Origin: a virus
Taxonomy: Duplodnaviria; Caudoviricetes
DNA: 64,000 bases
Virus record (IMG/VR): IMGVR_UViG_2912765049_000001
Span: 64,001 to 128,000 of that record
Direction: 5' to 3' (one strand)
The first letter of the stretch is position 1. Each line of letters opens with the position of its first letter. A program made the position numbers and the translations under genes. Shown here piece after piece: positions 1 to 9,668 of the stretch. Below the pieces are notes generated by a model. That model did no database searches, was not told the origin of the DNA, and saw only the letters and a program-made list of their open reading frames with translations.

Positions 1-182
1 TGGTCTTCGTCCTGACCGACGCCCTGCACAACCAGGCCGCACCCGCCGGCGACGACCCCGCCACCGCCAAGCTGATCGGCAGGTCGATCCTGCTCGCGAT
101 CCACGCGTTCACCGACGCCGACAATCAGGACGCCCTCACCCTGCTGCGCGCACTGCGCAACGAGGTCCTGCAGGCCGACTGA
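1..182 (+). CDS. 3' end of a hypothetical protein (partial; ...VFVLTDALHNQAAP...LRNEVLQAD*)
   Basis: Frame open from the window edge to TGA at 180-182 with GC-rich third positions; not in the ORF track. Confidence 0.55.
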   Translation, partial: VFVLTDALHNQAAPAGDDPATAKLIGRSILLAIHAFTDADNQDALTLLRALRNEVLQAD

Positions 183-194
183 GCGACAGCCGGG

Positions 195-549
195 TCAGCG
201 CGGCCACGTCGCAGGCAGGGGCGCCGCGATGATCCCGTTGAGCAGCGCGCGCAGGTCCGCCAGGAGCTGCTGGCCCTCGGCCGACGTCGGGTAGTCCGCA
301 CCGCGCAGCAGCGTCGCCGCCCGCGCCAGCGCGCCGGCGAACAGGTTCTCCTCCCCTGCCGGGGCGAGGTCCGGTCCGGCCGCGCGCATCCCGGCGAGCA
401 CCGCGTCGACGGGCGGCGCAGCGGGAGAGGCGTTGAGGATCTCGGCCGCGCAGGCCCGCTCCGGCGAACTCGGCTGCCACGAGCCGTCCTCCAGCCCCTC
501 CAGCAGGGACCGGAGCCCGGGTCGTGGCGTCGTGGAAAGTGCTCGTCAT
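195..549 (-). pseudogene. Hypothetical protein with an apparent +1 frameshift (MTSTFHDATT/GLRSLLEGLEDGSW...ATWPR)
   Basis: ATG at 549 and the well-biased 195..401 frame join if one base is removed near 519-521 (span 355 nt = 3n+1); could be a sequencing error. Confidence 0.45.
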
Positions 550-701
550 ACCGCCGGAGCCTAAGTCGCCCCCTGCTCCCAGCCGCACCCGGGGAGGCCC
601 GGGTGTCGTCTTGCTCGGCAATCCGATCCGCGCTCCGCCCCACCTGCGGCGACCCCTGATCTACAGTCGATGGGTCAACATCCCGAAGGACCGGGGGAAT
701 T

Positions 702-1376
702 GTGGAGAGCTTCTTTCAGCGGGTCGAGCAGGCGTGGCCGGCGGGACGCCGTGATCTTCACTGGCACCTGCTGCCCGCCCCGGCCACGGAGGCGGTGGCG
801 CTCGGCAGGCCGTATCTCGGCCTGACCCTGACCCGCGGCCTGCACCGGGTCATACCCGAGTGGATGCACTGCACCGTTCTGCACGCCATCGGTGCCGACG
901 TCGACAACGACCCGGCTGTCCGCGCCGGTATCGATCTTCTCGTCGACGACGTCACCCGCCGAGTCGCCGATGTCGAACCGTTCACGCTCACCTTCGGCCG
1001 GCCAGCCATCGCCCGGTCCGCGATCGAGGCGCCCGGCTCGCCGGATCGCCCGCATCAAACCCTCGTCGAGCACGTCATGGCGGCCCACCGCGAGCTGTGG
1101 GGCGACGCACACCTGCTGTCCCCCAGCAAGGCCCCCCACATCTCCCTCGCCTACGGCGGCGAGGACGCCGAAGGCATCGACCCGGACCAGCTCAACTCCC
1201 AGCTCGCCGACATCGAGGACGATCACGCGGTGGACGTGTACGTGGACCGCCTGCACCTGGTCGCCCAGCGGCACGACGGCGCCCGCATCACCTGGCAGCC
1301 GCTCGCCGAAGTCACGCTGAAGGGCGTCGACGACGAAGCCTTCCTCGACAGCATCATGGCCGAGCTGGACAACTGA
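702..1376 (+). CDS. 2H phosphoesterase (2'-5' RNA ligase family)
   Basis: Two Hx(T/S) motifs, MHCTV and PHISL, about 85 aa apart. Confidence 0.8.
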   Translation: MESFFQRVEQAWPAGRRDLHWHLLPAPATEAVALGRPYLGLTLTRGLHRVIPEWMHCTVLHAIGADVDNDPAVRAGIDLLVDDVTRRVADVEPFTLTFGRPAIARSAIEAPGSPDRPHQTLVEHVMAAHRELWGDAHLLSPSKAPHISLAYGGEDAEGIDPDQLNSQLADIEDDHAVDVYVDRLHLVAQRHDGARITWQPLAEVTLKGVDDEAFLDSIMAELDN

Positions 1377-1403
1377 CCGGCGGCGACGGCGAGACAGGCC
1401 GCG

Positions 1404-2258
1404 TCAGGTCGCAGGTACGAGCTGGGCCGTCACGCCGGTGGGATGCAGGAACTGCCGGGCACCGCGCAGTGTGGTGCGCAGATTCTGCTGGGTCGCCCGG
1501 CTGTCGAGGCGTACGTCGAGGGCGCCGAGAAGTGTGCTGTTGGCCCGCAGGCCCTCGGGCAGCCGGGAGGCGTCGAGGCCGTCACGGCGGGCGATGAGGA
1601 TGCCGAGCTCGTGACGGCTCACCGCGTCGGACCCTGCGAGATGGTGGATGCCGGCCGCGTCGCACGACGCCAGTTCGACAAGGGCGGCGGCCAGGTCGGT
1701 GACGTGCACCGGGCAGCGGATGTCGTCGGTGAACAGGGCGCCGTCGCGGGTGCCGGAGGCGAGTTCGTGGACGACGCGCTCATGGACCGAGCGCCCTTGG
1801 CCGATGATCAGCGAGGTGCGGGCGACAGCGGCCTTCGGGTACACGGCGAGGACCCCGGTCTCCGCCGCCGCTTTCGCCGCTCCGTACGGGGTGACGGGGT
1901 CGGGGAGGAAGGTCTCGTCGTAGTGGACTCGGGTACCGGAGAACACTGCGTCGCTGGAAACGTGGACCAGGCGGCTGCCGTGCGTTGCTGCGGCCATCGC
2001 GACCCGGATGGGGCCCTCCGCCGTCGCCGCCCAGTCGTCTTTGCGGCTTGCTGTGTTGATGACGAGATCCGGGCGCACCTCCGCCATGACGGCGTCCAGG
2101 CGTCCGGCATCCCGCAGATCGAGGGGGTACCACTCGGCTTGGGAGGCGTCGCCGGGCTTGGTCGCGTACGTCGCGGCTGTGGTGTGCCCGGCCGCTCTCG
2201 TCTGCCGGATCAGCTCGGCCCCTAGGAAGCCGCTGCCGCCGATGATCAAAGCTCTCAT
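1404..2258 (-). CDS. RmlD-like SDR oxidoreductase (dTDP-4-dehydrorhamnose reductase family)
   Basis: GGSGFLG Rossmann motif, VSSDAVF, YGAAK. Start moved to MRALIIGG at 2258; a TACCGT -10-like hexamer lies just upstream (possibly leaderless). Confidence 0.85.
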   Translation of the reverse strand: MRALIIGGSGFLGAELIRQTRAAGHTTAATYATKPGDASQAEWYPLDLRDAGRLDAVMAEVRPDLVINTASRKDDWAATAEGPIRVAMAAATHGSRLVHVSSDAVFSGTRVHYDETFLPDPVTPYGAAKAAAETGVLAVYPKAAVARTSLIIGQGRSVHERVVHELASGTRDGALFTDDIRCPVHVTDLAAALVELASCDAAGIHHLAGSDAVSRHELGILIARRDGLDASRLPEGLRANSTLLGALDVRLDSRATQQNLRTTLRGARQFLHPTGVTAQLVPAT

Positions 2259-2376
2259 GGGCGACACGGTAGACCGGACCCGGTGGGCACCGGCGGAGGC
2301 GGACGCCGCTGGTTCGGGTGTCCGCCTCCGCCGTCGACGTACCGGATCTGACCGCGCGGCCGGCCGCGCGCCGGGG

Positions 2377-2838
2377 CTACGTGTGAGGCTGCCAGACGTA
2401 ACGGACGTCTGGCTCACGCTCGTCGTTGCGCCGCCCGTCCGTCCGCTCGGCCTCTATGAAGCCGTGCCGTTCATAGAACCGCCGCGCCGGCATGTTGACC
2501 TGGAACGTCCATAGCGTCAGCCCGTCTGGCTGCTCCTGCTTGGCCAGGGCCATGAACCGATCGCCCAGCCCCCGCCCACGCCACGCTGGGTCGAGGTAGA
2601 GCTGCTTCAGCTCCACGCCGTTGAGCACCAGGACCCCCACCACACGGTCCCCGGTGACCGCCACCCAGGTCTCGTAGCGCGGCACCAGCACGCGTAAGAA
2701 CCAGTCCCGCACTTCGGCGTCGCTGTGTGCGCAACGCACTGACGGCAGCGCGGCGTTGAAGGAACGCAGCCATACGTCGGCGGCGGGGAACGCGTCGGCG
2801 GAGCCTGCACGACGGAGGACGACGGCGTCACTGTTCAC
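2377..2838 (-). CDS. GNAT N-acetyltransferase
   Basis: LYLDPAWRGRGLG acetyl-CoA motif and NMPARRFYERHGF; in-frame TTA at 2695-2697. Confidence 0.9.
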   Translation of the reverse strand: MNSDAVVLRRAGSADAFPAADVWLRSFNAALPSVRCAHSDAEVRDWFLRVLVPRYETWVAVTGDRVVGVLVLNGVELKQLYLDPAWRGRGLGDRFMALAKQEQPDGLTLWTFQVNMPARRFYERHGFIEAERTDGRRNDEREPDVRYVWQPHT

Positions 2839-2850
2839 GGCGCGAGACCT

Positions 2851-4173
2851 CTACTTCCCTGGCCGTCCGAGCTGGTGGACGGTCCAGCCCGCCGAACGCC
2901 ACGGCTCGGGGTCGAGGGTGGTGCGACAGTCGACGAGCAGGGCGTTGGCGGGGCGGTCCACGAGGGCCTGGGGGTTGGCGTGCCCATACTCAGGCCACTC
3001 GGTGGCCAGGACGACGACGTCGGCGCCGTCGAGGGACGCGGGCAGGTCGTCGGTGTAGTCGAACTCGGGGTTGCGAATCAGCGCTGTGTTCACGGCCTGC
3101 GGGTCGTGGATGGTGACGGTGGCGCCGGCCTGCTGGAGGGCCTGGGCGAGCGCGAGGGCCGGACTCTCCCGGACGTCGTTGGTGCCGGGCTTGAACGCGG
3201 CGCCCCACACGGTGACCCGGGCGCCCTCGAGGGGATAGTCGCCCAGGACGCGGGTGATGAGGCCCAGGGCAACGTCGGTGCGGCTCTCGTTGATCTCCTC
3301 GGCGGCGCGCAGGAGGGTCGCTGCGCGGTCGGCGCCGAGCTGGCGGGCGGAGGCGGTGAAGGCGCGGATGTCCTTGGGGAGGCAGCCACCGCCGTACCCG
3401 ATGCCGGGCCTCATGCCGCCGCTGCCGATGCGCGGGTCGATGCCGAGGATGTCCACGATCTCGGCGATGTCGCCGCCGGCGGCCTGGCACATGTCGGCGA
3501 CGGCGTTGATGTACGAGATCTTGAGGCCGAGGAAGGTGTTGGCCGCGCCCTTGGCGAGTTCCGCGGTCTGCGGGTCGGTGACGAACAGGGGGGTTCCGGC
3601 GTCCAGGATGGGGGCGTAGACGGCTCGGATTGCCTTCTCGCCCTCGGGGGTGGTGAGACCGGCGATGAGGCGATCCGGACGCAGGGTGTCCTCGACGGCG
3701 TGTCCCTCGCGCAGGAACTCCGGGTTCCATACGACGTCGACGCGTTCGCCGGCGGGGGCCAGGCGCTGGGCGAGCTCGGTGACCTGGCGGGTCGTGCCGA
3801 CGGTGACCGTGCTTTTCCCGACGATGGTGCACGGCCGGTCGAGGTGGGGAGCGAGCTGGCGGATGGCGCCGAAGACCTGCCCGGTGTCGTAGGACCGGCC
3901 GTCCGGGCTGATGGGGGTGCCGACCCCGATGAAGTGCAGCTCGGCGAAGTCGGCGGCCTCCCGGATGCTGGTGGTGAACCGCAGGCGCCCGCTCGCGGTG
4001 TGTTGGGCAAGTAGCTCGGGAAGGCCGATCTCGAAGATGGGACAGTGGCCGGCGTTGAGCTGTTCCACCTTGGCTTGGTCGACGTCCACGCCGATGACCT
4101 CGTGGCCGAGTTCGGCCATCGCCGCCGCGTGCGGGATGCCAAGGTGACCACAGCCGATTACTGAAATTCTCAT
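2851..4173 (-). CDS. ugd: UDP-glucose/GDP-mannose 6-dehydrogenase
   Basis: IGCGHLG, KSTV, NPEFLREG, catalytic GYGGGCLPKD, AFKPGTNDVRESP. Confidence 0.92.
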   Translation of the reverse strand: MRISVIGCGHLGIPHAAAMAELGHEVIGVDVDQAKVEQLNAGHCPIFEIGLPELLAQHTASGRLRFTTSIREAADFAELHFIGVGTPISPDGRSYDTGQVFGAIRQLAPHLDRPCTIVGKSTVTVGTTRQVTELAQRLAPAGERVDVVWNPEFLREGHAVEDTLRPDRLIAGLTTPEGEKAIRAVYAPILDAGTPLFVTDPQTAELAKGAANTFLGLKISYINAVADMCQAAGGDIAEIVDILGIDPRIGSGGMRPGIGYGGGCLPKDIRAFTASARQLGADRAATLLRAAEEINESRTDVALGLITRVLGDYPLEGARVTVWGAAFKPGTNDVRESPALALAQALQQAGATVTIHDPQAVNTALIRNPEFDYTDDLPASLDGADVVVLATEWPEYGHANPQALVDRPANALLVDCRTTLDPEPWRSAGWTVHQLGRPGK

Positions 4174-4207
4174 TCCTTGACTCTCACTCTGGGTGGGGGC
4201 CCGCGTG

Positions 4208-4255
4208 CGGGGCCGGGGAACAAGCCTCAGAGGCTAGCGCCGTTCCCCGGCCCCG
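4208..4255. terminator. 14-bp stem-loop between the sirtuin-like gene and ugd
   Basis: CGGGGCCGGGGAAC (4208-4221) and GTTCCCCGGCCCCG (4242-4255) are perfect inverted repeats. Confidence 0.65.
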
Positions 4256-4259
4256 TAGT

Positions 4260-5510
4260 TCAGGCTTTGTCGGCGCGGAAGTTCAGCAGCTGCTCCAGCT
4301 CACTGATGGCGTCGGCGGCCGTCTGCCGTACGACCACGTCACCGGTCTGCGGTGCCTCCAGCGGGTACTCGAACCAGGAACCGTCCGGACGGGGGAATCC
4401 CTCCGGGTCGACGATGAACACCTGGAGTCCGGCCTCGCGGGCCCGCTTGGCCACCTGCCGCCGGTCGGCGTGCAGCCCGATCACGACCAGGGCCTTGGCG
4501 TCGGGGTGGAAGGTGACCGGCGGGATCCGCTGGTCGTAGCGGCGCATGAACTGCTCCTCGAACCCGGCGCGGGCGCCGAGCGCGTCGAAGTTGTTCGTGA
4601 TGAACGGGCCGACCATGTGCCCGGCCTCCTCCATGCGCTTGAGCGCGTGCAGGGCCGGGGTGACCTCGGCTTCGAAGCAGGCCCGGTACATGTCCGACAG
4701 CTCGGCGACCTTGTCCTCGGTGTTGAGGAGCATCTCCGCGAGCAGCGGGTCCCGCCCCGGTGCCAGGACGAACGTGAAGCCCTTGCGGAGCTGCTCGTCC
4801 TCGATCTCGTTGACGTGGTAGATCTCGTGGAGCCGGTGCAGCGGCGGAATGCCGGCCTCGTAGGAGACGCCGCAGCCGACCTCGACCTGGAACGGCAGGA
4901 AGTCCGTGAGCTGCGCCAGGTTGTCGGCGTAGACCGGCTGTCCGGGGGTGTCCTTGACCCGGACACCGTGGCTCAGGACCTCCCACGGCCGGCGGCGGAT
5001 CGCCCTCGGCGGGTACGTGTTGACGGAGGTGAACGTGGTGTCGATGACCTGGTAGTCCTCCGGAAGCCGACGGCCCGCCCGCAGATCCTCCGGGTGCTCC
5101 TCGAGGCGAATCATGTGGACGCGCAGGTCGCCCAGTTCGAAGCGGCCCGGCCCCGTCTGCTTCCAGCCGCCCTCGGCCAGCATGGCGTGGTTCTGCTCCC
5201 ACGCCTCGTCGATCTCGGCCTGCGGCGCCGCCACAGAGTGGTACACGTACATCTGCTGCATGGCCAGCGCCGGCGCCGCGGTGGTGTCCACCAGGCCGTA
5301 CTGGTGCCAGTAGTGGACGATGCGGCGGCGTGCGTCACCTTCGCCCGTCCAGCCGGAGTTGGAGGCGGTCTCCTTCTGCTGGGTGCGCCGCCAGATGCCC
5401 TCCTCCACGAAGCGGGGCCGGTCCGCGTTCACCCCGTAGTAGTCGTGCCACTTGCTGAGCTGCTCCTCATCGAGCTGGTCGATGACCGTGACGGGAAACT
5501 GCACCTGCAT
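4260..5510 (-). CDS. Atypical SIR2/sirtuin-fold protein with an unknown N-terminal domain
   Basis: GCGVSYEAGIP resembles GAGIS..SGIP; ALHALKRMEEAG; ITNNFDAL resembles TQNID; ALVVIG; IVDP. No HG catalytic motif and no Zn-binding CxxC pairs. Confidence 0.7.
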   Translation of the reverse strand: MQVQFPVTVIDQLDEEQLSKWHDYYGVNADRPRFVEEGIWRRTQQKETASNSGWTGEGDARRRIVHYWHQYGLVDTTAAPALAMQQMYVYHSVAAPQAEIDEAWEQNHAMLAEGGWKQTGPGRFELGDLRVHMIRLEEHPEDLRAGRRLPEDYQVIDTTFTSVNTYPPRAIRRRPWEVLSHGVRVKDTPGQPVYADNLAQLTDFLPFQVEVGCGVSYEAGIPPLHRLHEIYHVNEIEDEQLRKGFTFVLAPGRDPLLAEMLLNTEDKVAELSDMYRACFEAEVTPALHALKRMEEAGHMVGPFITNNFDALGARAGFEEQFMRRYDQRIPPVTFHPDAKALVVIGLHADRRQVAKRAREAGLQVFIVDPEGFPRPDGSWFEYPLEAPQTGDVVVRQTAADAISELEQLLNFRADKA

Positions 5511-5577
5511 GTCGTGTCCTCGATTTTTGATCCGAAACGGTCCGCCCCCGGTGAGGTGGGAGCGGCGCGGCAGGGGG

Positions 5578-6870
5578 CTAGCTGAGGGCGGCCACCGCGG
5601 CGGTGAGCGCGGCGGTCAGGAAGTCGATGTCCTCGCCGCTGGAGTTCAGCGGGGGCGCGACGACCAGGCCCTCGCTGCGCGGGTCACCGGCTCCGGTGAA
5701 CGGGTAGAAGAAGACGCCTTGCCGCTCGCACTCCTCCATCAGGGGCCAGAGCAGGCCAGGGGTGACCTCCACTCCGTACAGGTGGCCGAGGCCCCGTACG
5801 TCCCGCACGACCGGCTGTCCGGTCAGGGGCCGCAGGCGCGCCCCGAGCTGTTCTCCGCGCGCCTGGAAGGCGTCGAAGTCCATGGATTCCAGCTCGTCCA
5901 GGACCCCGAGGCAGGCCGCCGCCTGCAGGGGGTGGGTGGCCATGGTGCCCATCGCGGGCAGCGGGTCCGCGCCTTCGCGGCGCAGCAGCGGTGCGAGCTC
6001 GGGCGACACGAGCACCGCACCCACACTGGTGTAGCCGGCGCCGAGGCCCTTGGACAGGATGCACAGGTCGGGATCGGCGCCGTCCCAGTGGTTGCTGGCC
6101 AGGGGGGTGCCGGTGCGCCACAGCCCGGTCAGGACTTCGTCGTGGATGACGAGGACGTTGCGTTCCCGGCAGATCTCCTTGACGCGCCGGAGGTATCCGT
6201 CGGGCGGCACGTAGGCGCCGCCGGTGGTGCCGTTGACGGGTTCCAGGAGGACGGCGGCGACGTTCTCCGCTCCCCTGCTGTCGATCGCCTTCGCCACCTC
6301 GTCGGCGCACGAGGCGTCGCACGAGCCCGCTGCGTGGTGGTGGGTCGGCGGGTAGGGCGCCGGGAAGGCCGGGCCGAGGCCGAGCGCGTCCTCCGGGCGC
6401 GGGCGCCGGGCGTGGTTGCCGGCGAGCCCGAGGGTGAGCGCGCTCATCCCGTGATAGCTCAGGGTGGAGGTCAGGATGTCGCCGCGCCGCTTGCCTCCGC
6501 GGACGCGCGCGATGTTGCGGGCCAGCGCGACGGCGACCTCCACGCCGAGCGTCCCGCACGTGGCCAGTGCGATGGAGTCCTCTGGACGGCCCACTGCGCG
6601 GCACAGTCGGTTCATCAGCTCCAGTTGGGTGTGGGGCCGTACGACGGCGGCGCCGCCGAACGAGGAACGGGGGAACTGCTGCTCGATGCGGGAGAAGACC
6701 TTGGGGCTGCCGTGGCCCACGTTCACGCAGAGGAGGCCGCTCGATCCGTCGAAGATGCGGCGGCCGTCAGCGAGGTGGAGCCAGGGACCGCTCGCCGTCA
6801 CGACGTCGAGGTCGGGTAGTGGGCGGGATGAGGTCAGGAGCCGTTCGCGACTGGATAAGTACCGATCCAC
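5578..6870 (-). CDS. Class III PLP-dependent aminotransferase
   Basis: NVGHG, SYHG, LLEPVNG, HDEVLTGLWRTG, SKGLGAG. GTG at 6870 follows a GAAGGGA RBS; codon 5 is TTA. Confidence 0.9.
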   Translation of the reverse strand: MDRYLSSRERLLTSSRPLPDLDVVTASGPWLHLADGRRIFDGSSGLLCVNVGHGSPKVFSRIEQQFPRSSFGGAAVVRPHTQLELMNRLCRAVGRPEDSIALATCGTLGVEVAVALARNIARVRGGKRRGDILTSTLSYHGMSALTLGLAGNHARRPRPEDALGLGPAFPAPYPPTHHHAAGSCDASCADEVAKAIDSRGAENVAAVLLEPVNGTTGGAYVPPDGYLRRVKEICRERNVLVIHDEVLTGLWRTGTPLASNHWDGADPDLCILSKGLGAGYTSVGAVLVSPELAPLLRREGADPLPAMGTMATHPLQAAACLGVLDELESMDFDAFQARGEQLGARLRPLTGQPVVRDVRGLGHLYGVEVTPGLLWPLMEECERQGVFFYPFTGAGDPRSEGLVVAPPLNSSGEDIDFLTAALTAAVAALS

Positions 6871-7032
6871 GAAAGAAGTCCCTTCTTGGGTGTGCGCATT
6901 GGGGCGCACGGGATCACGGCGGGTCGGTTCATGTGCGGTGGGTGTCCGGGTGTGCGTCGAGCGCGTCCGGTGATGACGAGCGCGACCACTCACGCCCGGA
7001 GAGCTGTCTGTCAGCTGTTCCTCACCGTACCC

Positions 7033-7061
7033 TCAAACCCTTTCTTACGTATAGGGTTTGA
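7033..7061. promoter_or_regulatory. Palindrome TCAAACCCT-N11-AGGGTTTGA in the divergent promoter region (candidate operator)
   Basis: Perfect 9-bp AT-rich inverted repeat between the aminotransferase and the XRE regulator. Confidence 0.5.
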
Positions 7062-7253
7062 ATGCCGTTGTGCGGCCCTGCGAAGCACGGTGGGGGTACA
7101 TCTCGAGCATGGCGCCCTGCCGGACGCGACGTCATTGCTCCTTGGCGCGCGGAACATTGCGGGACGCCGTCAATGGCCACGAGTCCACTGCCCCGGGCGT
7201 TGGGTGCTCCGCTACCGTGAGCGGCCCGGGCCACGCATCCACGGGGGTGTGCC

Positions 7254-8670
7254 ATGGCGACAGTGACCCGCTCGCGCCGCGCGGCGATCCAGCGGGAGGC
7301 CGTACAGATCCGGATGCGGTGCCAGCGCTCGGGACATTCGACCGAGCGCACCGTGGCGGCGATCCGCGCGAGTCTGCCCGAGGTCTCTGCGCTCGAGGCG
7401 TGGCGGCTGGCGCTGGGCTGGTCACGGGCGGACACCGTCACCCAAGTCGCCGCGCTCTACCGGGCCGACGGGTTACAGCCCCCGGGCCTTTCGGAGTCGA
7501 TGCTGTGCCGCTGGGAACATGATCAGGAACGGCCGGGAGCGGAATACGCCGTGATGCTGTGCCGGGCCTACGGAGCACGGCTCGAACACCTGGGCCTGGG
7601 CCGTTGGGCCGGTGAAGGCGCTGGCCTTCGGTACCGTCTCCCGGAGCCCGTCGCGTGGGTGTCCGGCCCGCGGGAAGAGATGGAGCCGATGACCACTGAC
7701 GCCGGCCTTCCGGCCGTACGAGAATCTCTGCAGCTCGCCCTCCTCGCCGATCCGCAGGGCAGTCCGCTCGCGGCCCACTTGGCGGAGGCCGCTGTCGAGC
7801 ACTACGACCTCAACTACTCCAAGCACCCGCCGCAGACCTTGTTCAAGGAGATCCGCGACACCAGGGCCCTGCTCATGCCCGTGATGCAGGCCGCCGGCAG
7901 CACCCCCCCACACCGTCGAACTGCAGCGGCAGGTGGCCCGGCTGTCCGCACTGCTGGGCAACCTTGCCTTCCACCTCGACGACACGACCGGCGCGCGGAC
8001 CCATCTGGGTACCGCGGCCACCTACAGTGAGCGAGTGGGTGATGCGCGCCTGGTGGCTTGGGCGTGGGGCGCGCTGAGCTTGGTGGCCCGGTCCACCAAG
8101 CGGTACGAGCTGGCCTTGTCCCACGCCCAACGTGGCGCTGCCCAGGCCCCCGCCGGGCTCGTACGCGCGCAACTGCACGCCTGGGCTCTGCTGCCCTCCC
8201 TGGCGGCGCTCGGGCGCGGTCCGGAAGCGGACGCCGCGCTTGCGACCGCCATGCACGAACTGGAGACCGACGGCACCGGATCCGCGCCCGGCCGGTTCGG
8301 CTTTGACGAACCGGAACTTGCGCTGCACCAGGCCGAAGCCCACCTAGCGCTGGGCCGCGCCGAGCAGGCCGCGGCCCGGGCCGAAGCCTCCGCCGGCGGC
8401 TGCATCCTCGCCACGCCTGGCTGGGCAGCCGCCACCTTGGTCCTCGCCCGGGCCGAGGCCGCAGAACGCCCCGAGGATGCGGCCAGCCGCGCCCTGGATG
8501 TCCTCGACCGCGTTCCCCCTGCCCGGCTGCGCTCGACCGCCCGCGCCCGGCTCTCGCGCCTCGACGGCCAGCTGGCGGCGAGGACGGCGGGCCCCGTGGC
8601 CGACCTGCACGAAAGGCTGCAGCTGCTGCCTCCGCCCGTCGACGCCCACGGAGGCTCGGCCACAGCCTGA
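7254..8670 (+). pseudogene. XRE-family HTH regulator with a TPR-like C-terminus, split by a +1 frameshift in a C7 run
   Basis: ORF 7254..8030 (WRLALGWSR...LSESMLCRWEH) and ORF 7933..8670 (TPR-like helices) join if C7 at 7903-7909 becomes C6, giving 471 aa; TTA at 7473-7475. Confidence 0.75.
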
Positions 8671-8779
8671 GCAGGACGGATGATGTCCCCCGGAACGGGC
8701 CGGGTGCCGTGCCATGATTAAGACGACATGACGGCCGGACACACCGTCAGTCGGGCACCCCGCCCATGACGATGCGTAG

Positions 8780-8847
8780 ATCGCGCAGGCTCTGGGGGTG
8801 GGCGCAACTCCGCAGCGGACTGCGCCCACCCCCAGAGCCTGCGCGAT
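8780..8847. repeat. 27-bp perfect inverted repeat upstream of the GntR gene
   Basis: ATCGCGCAGGCTCTGGGGGTGGGCGCA at 8780-8806 with its exact reverse complement at 8821-8847. Confidence 0.9.
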
Positions 8848-8877
8848 TCCCTGGGACTGAACGAGTGAGGGGACATT

Positions 8878-9558
8878 GTGGCCAGGCGCACGACGGCCTA
8901 CCGACGCGTCGCCCAGGAGCTGCGCGACCAAATCGGCGACGGCACGCTCAAGCCGAACGACCGCATCCCGTCGCTGACGGAACTGCAGGAGACATTCGGG
9001 GTCTCGGACACCGTGATCCTGGAGGCCCGCAAGGTCCTGGTCGCCGAGGGCCTGCTGATCGCCCGCACCGGCGACGGCACGTACGTCCGCGAGCGGCCGG
9101 AGCCGCAGCGCCTGGTGCACCACGCCCCGGACGATCCGGAAGAGCCGCTTTTCCGGCTGGAGGCGGCCGAGTCCGGGCTGTTCCCCGACATCGTCGAGGT
9201 GGAGGCGGAGACCACCGTGCCCGCGCCGGCCGCCGTGGCGCGGTGGCTGGACGTCAAGACGTCGAGGAAGGTCAAGCGCCGGGTGCGCCTGTTCCGGCAT
9301 GACGAGATGCCAGTGCAGCTGCTCACCGTGTACACGCTGGCGAGCGGGAAGACCGACGCGTCCGGCGTGGAGGAACAGGTCACCTCCCGGCCGGCGCTGG
9401 ACACAGAGGCCCGAGCCCTCGAGGGCGTGGTGGGCCAGCCGGTCACGGTGGCGACACGGATCGAGCGCCCGGCGGCGGGCCGGGCGCGCGTGCTGGAGAC
9501 GGTCGTCCTCGCCGAGCGGTACACCCTGGTCTACCGGCCCACGTCCGGCCCGGCATGA
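8878..9558 (+). CDS. GntR-family regulator (HutC/UTRA-like; same family as plasmid KorA/TraR)
   Basis: YRRVAQELRDQI..GTLKPNDRIPSLTELQETFGVS...GDGTYV winged HTH. Confidence 0.88.
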   Translation: MARRTTAYRRVAQELRDQIGDGTLKPNDRIPSLTELQETFGVSDTVILEARKVLVAEGLLIARTGDGTYVRERPEPQRLVHHAPDDPEEPLFRLEAAESGLFPDIVEVEAETTVPAPAAVARWLDVKTSRKVKRRVRLFRHDEMPVQLLTVYTLASGKTDASGVEEQVTSRPALDTEARALEGVVGQPVTVATRIERPAAGRARVLETVVLAERYTLVYRPTSGPA

Positions 9559-9588
9559 CGAAACCCCGGCCACGGGGCCGGGGTTCGT
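9558..9588. terminator. Terminator between the convergent GntR gene and phage late operon
   Basis: AACCCCGGCC-ACGG-GGCCGGGGTT hairpin. Confidence 0.7.
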
Positions 9589-9668
9589 GAAAGCAGACCT
9601 GCCCGAGGGCCGGACTACGCCGTGATCGTAGCTCCGGTGAGGGCCGTCATCCAGCAGGTTCCCGGCGG

